From positions 832,001 to 896,000 of the forward strand of contig OZ253462.1 of NCBI GenBank assembly GCA_965261395.1: a stretch of DNA of 64,000 nucleotides, read 5' to 3'. This stretch comes from Candidatus Latescibacterota bacterium (GTDB taxonomy: Bacteria > Latescibacterota > UBA2968 > UBA8231). The notes under the pieces are model-generated. The model saw only the letters and a program-made list of their open reading frames with translations, searched no databases and had not been told where the DNA came from. The first letter of the stretch is position 1. Every line of letters starts with the position of its first letter. Shown in pieces: positions 38,043-46,556 of the stretch. The translations under genes and the position numbers were made by a program.

Positions 38043-39100
38043 TGCCACACATCAAACCCGACGACCTGCGCCAGATCGGCTACCAGCTTTTCGAGACGGC
38101 AGGCTGCCCTCCCGCAAGCGCCCGCGCCGTGACCGACCACTTAGTCGAATCCTCTCTCTACGGACACGACTCACACGGCAGTCTGCGTATCTACGAATAC
38201 ATTCAACAGATCCAAGACGGCATCTTTGATCCCAAAGGCCAACCTTCTATTGTCAGCGAAAGGCCCTGCACAGTGGTCGTCGATGGCGGCGGGACTATGG
38301 GCCAGATCGGCGGGACCTTCGCCACCCAGCTAGCCATCGATAAGGCCGCCCAGTACGGGGTCGCTACCGCCACCCTGCGCAACTGCGGGCACGTGGGCCG
38401 GGTGGGAGCCTATCCGCTACAGGTCGCCCGCCAAGGCATGATTGGTCTAGCCTTTTGTAACGCCGGGCACCTCGGGCGACAGATCGCTCCCTACGGTGGG
38501 ATTGACGGCAAGCTCAGCACCAACCCCATATCCTGCGCCGCGCCTCGGCGCAACGCCGATCCGCTCTTGGTCGATATGACCACCTCGGTCTGCGCCGAAG
38601 GCAAAGTCCGCGTCGCCCATAACCGCGGGGAAGAGCTACCCGAAGGCCGGATCATTGACCACGATGGCAACCCCTCTACCGATCCGCAGGCATTTGTCGG
38701 CGATCCGCCCGGCGCGATCCTGCCTTTCGGCGGCCCGGTGGCCTATAAGGGGTACTGCCTGAGTATGATAGTAGAGATTTTAGGCGGGGCCCTCAGCGGT
38801 CAGGGCTGTGCTAACGGGGAGACCGTCATGCAGAGCAACGGACTGCACCTGACGGTTTACGACATCGGGCACTTCGTCGAAATGGACTACTACTTCGACG
38901 AACTTGAAAGCCTAATCCGCCATGTATCCACCAGCCGCGTCGATCCGCACATCGGCGAGATACTGCTGCCCGGCGACCCCGAATACCGCACGGGACGCCA
39001 GCGCCAAGAAGAGGGCATTCCCATCGACGACACGACTTGGGGCCGCATCGTCGAGGCCGCACAGAGCCTCGGGCTGGACCCTCAAGCTTGGTCGCAATAA
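38042..39100 (+). CDS. Ldh_2-family (malate/L-lactate/sulfolactate-type) oxidoreductase
   Basis: 'GHDSHG', 'GHVGRVGAY', 'STNPI', 'PFGG..YKGY.L', 'LLPGDPE'. Confidence 0.9.
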   Translation: MPHIKPDDLRQIGYQLFETAGCPPASARAVTDHLVESSLYGHDSHGSLRIYEYIQQIQDGIFDPKGQPSIVSERPCTVVVDGGGTMGQIGGTFATQLAIDKAAQYGVATATLRNCGHVGRVGAYPLQVARQGMIGLAFCNAGHLGRQIAPYGGIDGKLSTNPISCAAPRRNADPLLVDMTTSVCAEGKVRVAHNRGEELPEGRIIDHDGNPSTDPQAFVGDPPGAILPFGGPVAYKGYCLSMIVEILGGALSGQGCANGETVMQSNGLHLTVYDIGHFVEMDYYFDELESLIRHVSTSRVDPHIGEILLPGDPEYRTGRQRQEEGIPIDDTTWGRIVEAAQSLGLDPQAWSQ

Positions 39101-39107
39101 GGACGAG

Positions 39108-39206
39108 TGGCGGGAACGTGTGGGAATCGAACCCACCCAGCGCAACTCTCGCTACGCCGCAACGGATTTGAAGTCCGCGACAGCCACCAGGCACGCATCC
39201 GCTCCC
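39108..39206 (-). tRNA. selC: tRNA-Sec (anticodon UCA)
   Basis: GGGAGCGG...GCGGA CT TCA AA TCCGT, long variable arm, GGTTCGATTCC, ...TTCCCGCCA; 99 nt. Confidence 0.93.
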
Positions 39207-39275
39207 GTAAAGTCCTCGTCTGAGTACACAGAAATATAGAATGACTTCCCAATAGCACCAACGAGACCCACGGTG

Positions 39276-40205
39276 CTACTTTTTTCGCGCTGCTTCGGCC
39301 CGCGCCTCGCGCTCGGCCCGCTCTGCCGCCTTGCGCTCGGCCACCTCGGCCTCCGTCGGCAAGCGCCGCGCGGGCATTTCTGGGTACGCGAGAGGCAGCT
39401 CCCAGCGCAGGGTTCGCAACGGAACGTCGCCTAAGTTCTCGATCTGCAACTCGAGATAGTTGTCGTCGCGCTGGACAATAGGCGTCTTGTCGTCGCGCTG
39501 GCGATTGGGGAAGAAGACTCTGTAGTAGGTTTTGCCGCCGAGGACCTCTCCTTCGGGACGGTCACTCTCGTAGGGGTAGTAGTTAAACGTCCCGCTCGGC
39601 TGGAAGCGCGCACCTCGCTGATTGACCAAGAAAGTGCGCGCACCGATATCGGCAATATATGGCTTGAGCTGAGACTCTCCGCTCGACAGATAAACGGTGA
39701 ACACCAAGCGACTGTAGAGCGTCAAGCCCCAACGGTCGTCGTACTGGTCGCGCAGGATGGGAAACTTGGAGTCGTAGATGACATCGACGACCCGGCGGAT
39801 GTATTGAGCCCTCCAGATGTCAAAGGTGCGTTTTTGCAGGGGATTGCGCGCATCAAAGGACGGATTTACGTAGACGAGATACTGAAAGTAGAGGCTATTG
39901 ATGTCCGTGCCGTCTTCGGTCGGGTAGGTGCCATCGACGTAGGAATAGATTAACTGCTTGATGCGGTATTCGAGCTGCTCCTGCCCCAAGCCCTCGCGCT
40001 CAGCACGCGCATAGGCGCGGGAGATCTCATAGGCGAAGGTGTGCAAGGTCGCCTGCACCAAGACGCCGTCGGCACCCCGGTGGCTTCTGTTTACGGTGCG
40101 CCATACTTCCTGCCCGACGCGCGCGAAGGGACCTTCCGAATGTTCTGGGCCGCAGCCGGTGACCGCCGCACACATCCAGCAAAGGAGCAAGACCCTGCCT
40201 GGCAT
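39276..40205 (-). CDS. Hypothetical lipoprotein
   Basis: Lipobox-like 'AAVTGC'; 309-aa ORF with GGAGG RBS; no family recognised. Confidence 0.75.
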   Translation of the reverse strand: MPGRVLLLCWMCAAVTGCGPEHSEGPFARVGQEVWRTVNRSHRGADGVLVQATLHTFAYEISRAYARAEREGLGQEQLEYRIKQLIYSYVDGTYPTEDGTDINSLYFQYLVYVNPSFDARNPLQKRTFDIWRAQYIRRVVDVIYDSKFPILRDQYDDRWGLTLYSRLVFTVYLSSGESQLKPYIADIGARTFLVNQRGARFQPSGTFNYYPYESDRPEGEVLGGKTYYRVFFPNRQRDDKTPIVQRDDNYLELQIENLGDVPLRTLRWELPLAYPEMPARRLPTEAEVAERKAAERAEREARAEAARKK

Positions 40206-40245
40206 GAATTACCTCCGTTGAGGAGGGAGGGCACCTAGCGTCGTG

Positions 40246-40689
40246 CTATTCCTTGACGACCCAGAGCTTGACCGCGGCTGCTACCTCCGGGTGGAGGCGC
40301 ACATCGATATTGTAAACGCCCAATTCGCGGATGGGGTCTTCGAGGTGGATGACGCGGCGATCTATCTCGTAGCCCTTTTCGTCGAGCAATTCGGCGATAT
40401 TTTGGGCGGTTACCGAACCGAAGAGGCGATCCTCCTCGCCGACCTTGACCTGCGCGGTGATCGACTCCGTCTCCAGCTTCTTGGCGAGGGCCTCGGCAGC
40501 GCGGCGGTCGCGCTCGGCTAGGGTCTCTTGCTGTTTGCGCCTAGACTCGAACTGGGCCATGTTGGCGGTGGTGGCGACCAATGCCTCGTTGCGAGGGATC
40601 AGGAAGTTGCGACCATACCCGTTCTTTACTTTCACGACCTCGCCGGCCGAACCCAGCGCTTCAATGTCCTTTAACAGAATTACTTTCAC
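40246..40689 (-). CDS. rplI: 50S ribosomal protein L9
   Basis: 'MKVILLKDI..LG..GEVVKVKNGYGRNFLIP', 'LFGSVT'. Confidence 0.98.
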   Translation of the reverse strand: MKVILLKDIEALGSAGEVVKVKNGYGRNFLIPRNEALVATTANMAQFESRRKQQETLAERDRRAAEALAKKLETESITAQVKVGEEDRLFGSVTAQNIAELLDEKGYEIDRRVIHLEDPIRELGVYNIDVRLHPEVAAAVKLWVVKE

Positions 40690-40723
40690 GACTTATCCTC
40701 CACTTCATAGAGATGTTTGGGCC

Positions 40724-41536
40724 TTACGCTTCTTCTTCTGTGGGGGCTGGGCGCAGCCGCCGCCAATCGAACCAAGTATCCAAAAGCCCCAATCCAGCCA
40801 AGAGCAGAAACGCCAACCCTGCGACAAAAAAAAGCCCTACGTAAAAAAATAGCTCGACCAAAGTCGGCACCTTTTGGCGCTGAGCGAAAAAGCGCAGCAC
40901 CGCCAATCCTTGTACTCCGTAGATAATCCCCATCAACACGATCAGATTGAGGCCCAAATCGGCCAACAATCCATCGCCCAAAAGACTTAGCCCCAAGGCC
41001 GCGATCAATACCCAAATCAGCTCTTCCCAGGGCCGCCACAAGGGCAGCGCCAGGGGAGCGGGCAGCGCCAGTCCCAGCCGCAAGGCCAAGCCCTGGCTCA
41101 AGCGATACGCTACGACAAACGTCAAAAGCAGGGTCGCCATCTCAATGGCCGGCTGCACCCGCAGGACCGCGTCGATCATCGCGCTTAGCGTCTGGCCGCT
41201 TTCCTCAACGGCCATCCCCAAGGCTTGGAACTGCTCCAAGACGGCGGCGGCTTGCTCTTGGCGATGGGTGCCATCGCGCGCCTGAATCAACTGCCAGAGA
41301 CATAAGCCCGCCGCCGGCGTCATGGCCATGGCCATGACGCGACCATAGGTCTGCTGACGCTCTATTTGCAAGATGGCGAGCAACCCCATAATGGGCACCA
41401 GCCCCAACGCGGCCCCTAGCTGCATGGCGGTGCCCAAGCAAAGCAGGCCGATCAAGGGCAGGGCGCCACGCGAGCCGTAGCGCAAGCTGGCCAAAAGCGA
41501 AACGACCGCCAGCGCTATGCCCAGCAGAATCAGCAT
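40724..41536 (-). CDS. DUF2232 (YybS-like) membrane protein
   Basis: 'YGVQGLAV', 'GLGLLDTWFDWR'; usual position upstream of rplI. Confidence 0.85.
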   Translation of the reverse strand: MLILLGIALAVVSLLASLRYGSRGALPLIGLLCLGTAMQLGAALGLVPIMGLLAILQIERQQTYGRVMAMAMTPAAGLCLWQLIQARDGTHRQEQAAAVLEQFQALGMAVEESGQTLSAMIDAVLRVQPAIEMATLLLTFVVAYRLSQGLALRLGLALPAPLALPLWRPWEELIWVLIAALGLSLLGDGLLADLGLNLIVLMGIIYGVQGLAVLRFFAQRQKVPTLVELFFYVGLFFVAGLAFLLLAGLGLLDTWFDWRRLRPAPTEEEA

Positions 41537-41551
41537 CGGCGCACGCCGACT

Positions 41552-42097
41552 CTAAGAGTCGTCGGACTCTTGGACGACGGCCTCTGCTGCTGCTGGCGAA
41601 TCCTCTACCCTCTCTACCTTCTCCTCAGGGGCCTCCTTTTCAGAGGCCGCACCTCGGGCCGCGGCGCGGTCCCTCGGGCCGCGGGAGTCGCGGGAGTCGC
41701 GGTCGCGGTGCGGGCCGCCTCGGTCCCTCGGACCACGGGCCGGTCGGGCAAAGGCTTCTGCAAGGAAATTGTCGGCGGCTAGCTCGGGCACGTGGATAAA
41801 CTCGCCGTCGACAGCGGTGACGAGATAGCGCAGCACCACTTCGTCGAGCTTGAGCGTCTGCTCCAGCCCTTCGATAGCCGTCGGCTCGGCGGAAAACTGG
41901 TAGAGCACGTAGTAGCCTTGGTGCCGGTTCTTCAGGCTAGCCGAGGTATAGGCCAGACGCCGCAGACCCCAATTGTCGATCCGGACGACTTGCCCGCCGT
42001 TTTCCTCGAGAAGTGCCTCGTATTTTTCGAGGAGTTGCTCATATTGGCCCTCGCCGGCTTGGGGGTCCAAGATACATACGAGTTCGTAGTTTCTCAT
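41552..42097 (-). CDS. rpsF: 30S ribosomal protein S6 with long charged C-terminal extension
   Basis: 'MRNYELVCILDP', 'WGLRRLAY', 'GYYVL', 'DEVVLRYL'. Confidence 0.95.
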   Translation of the reverse strand: MRNYELVCILDPQAGEGQYEQLLEKYEALLEENGGQVVRIDNWGLRRLAYTSASLKNRHQGYYVLYQFSAEPTAIEGLEQTLKLDEVVLRYLVTAVDGEFIHVPELAADNFLAEAFARPARGPRDRGGPHRDRDSRDSRGPRDRAAARGAASEKEAPEEKVERVEDSPAAAEAVVQESDDS

Positions 42098-42136
42098 TGT
42101 ATTGCGCTTTCTTGGTTCTGGTCTGGGGCACATCCC

Positions 42137-44179
42137 TCAGACGACAAAAAGCGGTGCCAGGACAAGAGATATCACCGACATCAGCTTGATGAGTATGTTT
42201 AGCGACGGCCCCGAAGTGTCCTTGAATGGGTCGCCGACCGTATCGCCGACGACAGCGGCTTTGTGGGGGTCAGAGCCCTTGCCCCCCAAATTGCCCTCTT
42301 CGATCCACTTTTTGGCGTTGTCCCAAGCTCCACCGCTATTGGCCATCATCAGCGCCAACAGGACGCCGCTGACCGTCGCCCCGGCGAGCATGCCGCCCAA
42401 GGCGATGGGGCCGAGACCGAAACCGACCGCGACCGGAGCCAACACCGCCAACAGGCCCGGTAGAATCATTTCGCGTAGGGCCGCGGTCGTGCTGATCTCC
42501 ACGCAACGCCGGGTATCGGGTTTGGCCTTGCCTTCCATCAGGCCCTCGATCTCGCGGAACTGACGCCGGACTTCCTCGACCATCTTGAAGGCGGCCTTGC
42601 CGACTGAGGTCATGGTAATGGAGGCAGCTAGGTAGGGAATCATCGCGCCGATAAAGAGCCCGCCGACGACAACCGGCGTAGTCACGTCAATGACGATCGG
42701 CTTACCGGTTGCGGTCTCAATAGCGGAGGAATAGGCCGAAAAAAGCGCCAATGCGGTCAACGCCGCCGAACCAATGGCAAACCCCTTGCCCATGGCGGCA
42801 GTCGTATTGCCGAGTGCATCGAGGCCATCGGTGATCTTGCGAGTCTCTTCGCCCAAGCCCGCCATTTCGGTAATGCCGCCGGCGTTGTCAGCTATGGGAC
42901 CATAGGCATCGACCGACATGGTGATGCCCACTGTGGCCAGCATGCCGACGGCGGCGATGCCAATCCCAAAAAGCCCGGCAAAGTGGAAGGCCAAGCCAAT
43001 GGCGACGACGATTCCCAAGGTCGGCAGGACGACGCTCTCCATGCCTATGGCCAGACCGGAAATAATATTGGTAGCCACGCCGGTCTTGGAGGCTTCAGCA
43101 ATGGTGCGGATGGGTTTGCCGCCGGTGTAGTACTCGGTAAAAAGGCCTATCGCGATCCCGGCTAAGCAGCCCGCGCACAGTGCCCACACCGGCTGATTGG
43201 ATAAGCCGATTGTCCCGGCGACCCACCAAGCACCCAAAATCATTAGTGCGGCGGCAGCCCAAGTCGAGTAGCGCAATGCGGCACCGGGGTCAAAATTCTG
43301 TAGTATCCGCACCATTAACACGCCCAAAAGCGACGCGGCCATACCGATCATAATGACGATCAGCGGGAAGCTCATCGCCGCAAGTTTCGCCTGAGTCGGA
43401 TCGGAGATGCCGGGGGCGAGAGTGGCCAGCAGTGACGCGGTGGCGGTGGCGGCGATGGCAATGGTGGCGATGACCGATCCGACATATGATTCAAAGATGT
43501 CGGCACCCATACCGGCGACATCGCCGACGTTATCGCCGACATTATCGGCGATAACGGCCGGATTGCGGGGATCGTCCTCGGGAATTCCCGCCTCCACTTT
43601 GCCCACTAAATCGGCACCCACATCGGCGGTCTTGGTGAAGATGCCACCGCCAACGCGCGCGAAAAGAGCAATCGAAGAGGCCCCCATAGCGAAGCCATTG
43701 ATCGCGGATGCTTGGCTTATATCGTCCCAGATACCAAAGGCACTCGCCAGCGCCCCGACGCCGAAAAGCCCCAAGCCGGCGACCGCGAGCCCCATCACGG
43801 CGCCGCCCGAAAAGGCAATATTCAACGCGGGCCCTTGGCCGTGCTGATTAGCGGCTTGGGCGGTGCGCACATTGGCGTGACAGGCTGCCTTCATGCCAGT
43901 ATAGCCGGCCAAAATGGAGCAAACGGCTCCCGACAAAAAAGCGTACGCGGTATGGGAGCCGACGAAGGCAAAAAGGAGGACAAAGACGATGACGATAAAC
44001 CCGGCGAGGATGGTGTACTCGCGCTTGAGAAAGGTCATGGCTCCCTCGTGGATAGCCTCTGAGATTTCCACCATCTCTGGAGTGCCAGCCGGATACTTCT
44101 TGATGTAAAAATATAGCAAGAGCGAGCAAAGCAACCCGCCCAGACCCACGAATGGCGCTGCGCTAGTCCAGATTTCCAT
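42137..44179 (-). CDS. hppA: Membrane-integral pyrophosphatase, K+-dependent type (likely Na+-pumping)
   Basis: '[35 protein letters not shown]', '[10 protein letters not shown]' (Ala at the K+-dependence site), '[14 protein letters not shown]'. Confidence 0.96.
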   Translation of the reverse strand: MEIWTSAAPFVGLGGLLCSLLLYFYIKKYPAGTPEMVEISEAIHEGAMTFLKREYTILAGFIVIVFVLLFAFVGSHTAYAFLSGAVCSILAGYTGMKAACHANVRTAQAANQHGQGPALNIAFSGGAVMGLAVAGLGLFGVGALASAFGIWDDISQASAINGFAMGASSIALFARVGGGIFTKTADVGADLVGKVEAGIPEDDPRNPAVIADNVGDNVGDVAGMGADIFESYVGSVIATIAIAATATASLLATLAPGISDPTQAKLAAMSFPLIVIMIGMAASLLGVLMVRILQNFDPGAALRYSTWAAAALMILGAWWVAGTIGLSNQPVWALCAGCLAGIAIGLFTEYYTGGKPIRTIAEASKTGVATNIISGLAIGMESVVLPTLGIVVAIGLAFHFAGLFGIGIAAVGMLATVGITMSVDAYGPIADNAGGITEMAGLGEETRKITDGLDALGNTTAAMGKGFAIGSAALTALALFSAYSSAIETATGKPIVIDVTTPVVVGGLFIGAMIPYLAASITMTSVGKAAFKMVEEVRRQFREIEGLMEGKAKPDTRRCVEISTTAALREMILPGLLAVLAPVAVGFGLGPIALGGMLAGATVSGVLLALMMANSGGAWDNAKKWIEEGNLGGKGSDPHKAAVVGDTVGDPFKDTSGPSLNILIKLMSVISLVLAPLFVV

Positions 44180-44214
44180 ATGCGTTTGTATCCCTCCCTT
44201 GGCTACTTTGCTTT

Positions 44215-44772
44215 TTAACCGTTGAACCCGTTCATGGCCGCCTCGATGCCTTCGGCGTAGTACACTTCGAGCGCCGCATTTCCGCGCTCAATCAAGTTTT
44301 CTACCTCGTCTGCAGGGGAAAACGGCTCCAAGACGTAGTCAATGACGCCTGCGCCTGCAGATGGGATGCCGATCCCTAGGCGCAGGCGCGGTATAGCCTC
44401 CGTGTTGAGCGCTTCGAGTACCGAAGCCAAACCGTTGTGCCCGCCATCACTCCCTCCACGGCGAAAGCGCAAGCGTCCGAAGTCGAGGAGGAAGTCGTCG
44501 AAGATGACCAAGACGTCTTCGGGAAGCACCTCCCATTGGGCGCAAAGGGCCGCGGCGGTCCGGCCGCTGCGATTCATATAGGTCTGGGGCTTGGCCAAGA
44601 GCACTTCCTGGCCGCCCAGTACTACTCGGACAACTTGGCCCTGCACATCCGCTTGATGCTGCCAGTCAACACCACAGCGGGCCGCTAGGTGATCTACCAC
44701 CATAAAGCCTATGTTGTGCCGCGTTGACGCGTAGCGCACACCGGGATTACCCAAACCCAAGGCTACTTGCAA
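44215..44772 (-). CDS. pth: Peptidyl-tRNA hydrolase
   Basis: 'GLGNPG..Y..TRHNIGF', '[10 protein letters not shown]', 'GGHNGL'. Confidence 0.97.
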   Translation of the reverse strand: MQVALGLGNPGVRYASTRHNIGFMVVDHLAARCGVDWQHQADVQGQVVRVVLGGQEVLLAKPQTYMNRSGRTAAALCAQWEVLPEDVLVIFDDFLLDFGRLRFRRGGSDGGHNGLASVLEALNTEAIPRLRLGIGIPSAGAGVIDYVLEPFSPADEVENLIERGNAALEVYYAEGIEAAMNGFNG

Positions 44773-44774
44773 AC

Positions 44775-45467
44775 CTACTCTTCGCCACCCTCTTCGCCTT
44801 CGGCGGCACCTTCTTCGCCCTCCTCGCCCTCCTCAGCCTCTTCACCCTCCTCAGCCTCTTCGTCCTCAGTGATCAAGCGCGGTGCCAGCACATTGACAAT
44901 CGTGCGCACCGGCTCGCTGGTGATACGCGGCTCTTGTTCGAGGAGGTCGCTCACATGCAAGCTATCGCCGATGATCAGCGAAGAGATATCGATCTCGATA
45001 GAGGAGGGCATTTCGGAGACAACGCATTCCATTTCGAGCGCGGTTAGTGTCTGCTGCAATGACCCGCCCTCAGTGTGCACCCCTTCGGGGACGCCGATAG
45101 TCACCAGTGGCACATTGGCACGCAGCGTCTCGCTCGGATTGATGCGCAAGAGGTCTAAGTGCAGCACATCGCCGCGGACCTTGTGGTATTGGATGTCGCG
45201 AATCAGGGCCTGCTCAGAAGTTCTATCGGACTCTTCGTGCTCAACCAAGATGATCGCGTTTTGCCCGCCCTTGCTCAGGATGAGCTCCAAGCTATGGGCA
45301 TCCGTCTTAAAGGACTCAGCGGGCTGATTATGGCCGTAGATCACCCCGGGCAACTGGCCCCGTAGGCGACGCATTTGGCCCACGGGGCCCTTGCCCTGCT
45401 CTGGGCGGGACTGGACTTTGAGCGCGACCTGTTCGCGCGCTTGGATCTGTAGTGGAACTTGTGGCAT
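44775..45467 (-). CDS. rplY: 50S ribosomal protein L25/Ctc
   Basis: 'LPGVIYG', 'IQYH.V.G.VLHLD', 'IEIDISSL.IGDSLHVSDL', acidic tail. Confidence 0.95.
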   Translation of the reverse strand: MPQVPLQIQAREQVALKVQSRPEQGKGPVGQMRRLRGQLPGVIYGHNQPAESFKTDAHSLELILSKGGQNAIILVEHEESDRTSEQALIRDIQYHKVRGDVLHLDLLRINPSETLRANVPLVTIGVPEGVHTEGGSLQQTLTALEMECVVSEMPSSIEIDISSLIIGDSLHVSDLLEQEPRITSEPVRTIVNVLAPRLITEDEEAEEGEEAEEGEEGEEGAAEGEEGGEE

Positions 45468-45511
45468 CGGAACATCTCCTCAAAAAACTCGGTCAAATAT
45501 CAATGGCATAA

Positions 45512-45586
45512 TGGCAGCCCGGCGAGGACTCGAACCTCGATAAACGGAACCAAAATCCGTTGTCCTACCAATTGAACGACCGGGCT
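45512..45586 (-). tRNA. tRNA-Gln (anticodon UUG)
   Basis: AGCCCGG...ACGGA TT TTG GT TCCGT...CGAGGTTCGAGTCCTCG CCGGGCT G CCA. Confidence 0.95.
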
Positions 45587-46475
45587 ACCTATCTCTATGC
45601 CTCGCACTAAGTTGAGCTGAGACCGGCTGACATAAAAAAGACCGGCAACCTTGCCTTTGCAGTGCGCTCTGCGCCTGAGAGGCGGTCTTCCGGTCGTCGA
45701 AGATACCGTAAACAGTGGAGCCGCTGCCCGACATGGACGTGACGCGAGCACCAACTCGGTCCAGTTGAGAACAAAGCTCTGCGACGATGGGATAGGTGCG
45801 ATCTACCGCGGTCGTGAAGTCGTTCTCCAGCACTTCAAATAACCTGTCGTGGTCAACGCACCCGCCGCTCAGGGAAGCAATAAAGTTAAAATAGGGAGTA
45901 TTTTCTGTCAAGATGGAGCCGAGTTGGCCATATGCCCATGCCGTGCTGATCTCGACATCGGGGTATGCCAATACGTAAAAAACCGCGCCCTCCCAACTCA
46001 GCTTTTCGAGTATCTCGCCTCGGCCTCTCAGTAGAGCGGTGCCGCCTTCCACTAGAAAGGGAATGTCCGAGCCAAGGGTAGCGGCGATCTGGCGGAGATC
46101 TGCGTTCGAGAATGGCTGGTCATAGAAGCGATTGAGTACTCGCAGGGCCGCTGCCGCGTCGGCACTGCCCCCGCCTAGACCCGCACCTATGGGTATGTTC
46201 TTTTCTAGGTGGATGTGGAACGACTGGGCCGGGCGGTCGAGCCGAGTGCGAAAGGCATCAACTGCGCGGCACACCAAATTGTCCTGCCCCGTCGATAGAC
46301 TATCGAGGCTACAGGTCAACTGGTCGGAGGAAGCTGGTTCAAAATACAAGACATCCGCTAAATCCACGCATTGGGCCACGCTGAGGATCTCGTGGTAGCC
46401 ATCGGGGCGGCGGCTGAGAACCTTAAGTCCTAAATTTATTTTTGCATATGCTTTTTCGACTAGCAGATCCTCCAT
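45585..46475 (-). CDS. ispE: 4-diphosphocytidyl-2-C-methyl-D-erythritol kinase
   Basis: 'AYAKINLGL', 'KNIPIGAGLGGGSADAAA', 'LGSDIPF', 'MSGSGSTVYG'. Confidence 0.96.
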   Translation of the reverse strand: MEDLLVEKAYAKINLGLKVLSRRPDGYHEILSVAQCVDLADVLYFEPASSDQLTCSLDSLSTGQDNLVCRAVDAFRTRLDRPAQSFHIHLEKNIPIGAGLGGGSADAAAALRVLNRFYDQPFSNADLRQIAATLGSDIPFLVEGGTALLRGRGEILEKLSWEGAVFYVLAYPDVEISTAWAYGQLGSILTENTPYFNFIASLSGGCVDHDRLFEVLENDFTTAVDRTYPIVAELCSQLDRVGARVTSMSGSGSTVYGIFDDRKTASQAQSALQRQGCRSFLCQPVSAQLSARHRDR

Positions 46476-46556
46476 CGCTACATACCTTGACCGCATTTCA
46501 CTATACAATATTATATATTAATCAAATGTCAGATTGGCATACTCTTGAGAATGGAT

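Noticed and set aside
39108-39130. selC 3' end as the att site of an integrated element
   Set aside because: No duplicate of the tRNA 3' end and no integrase seen in the window
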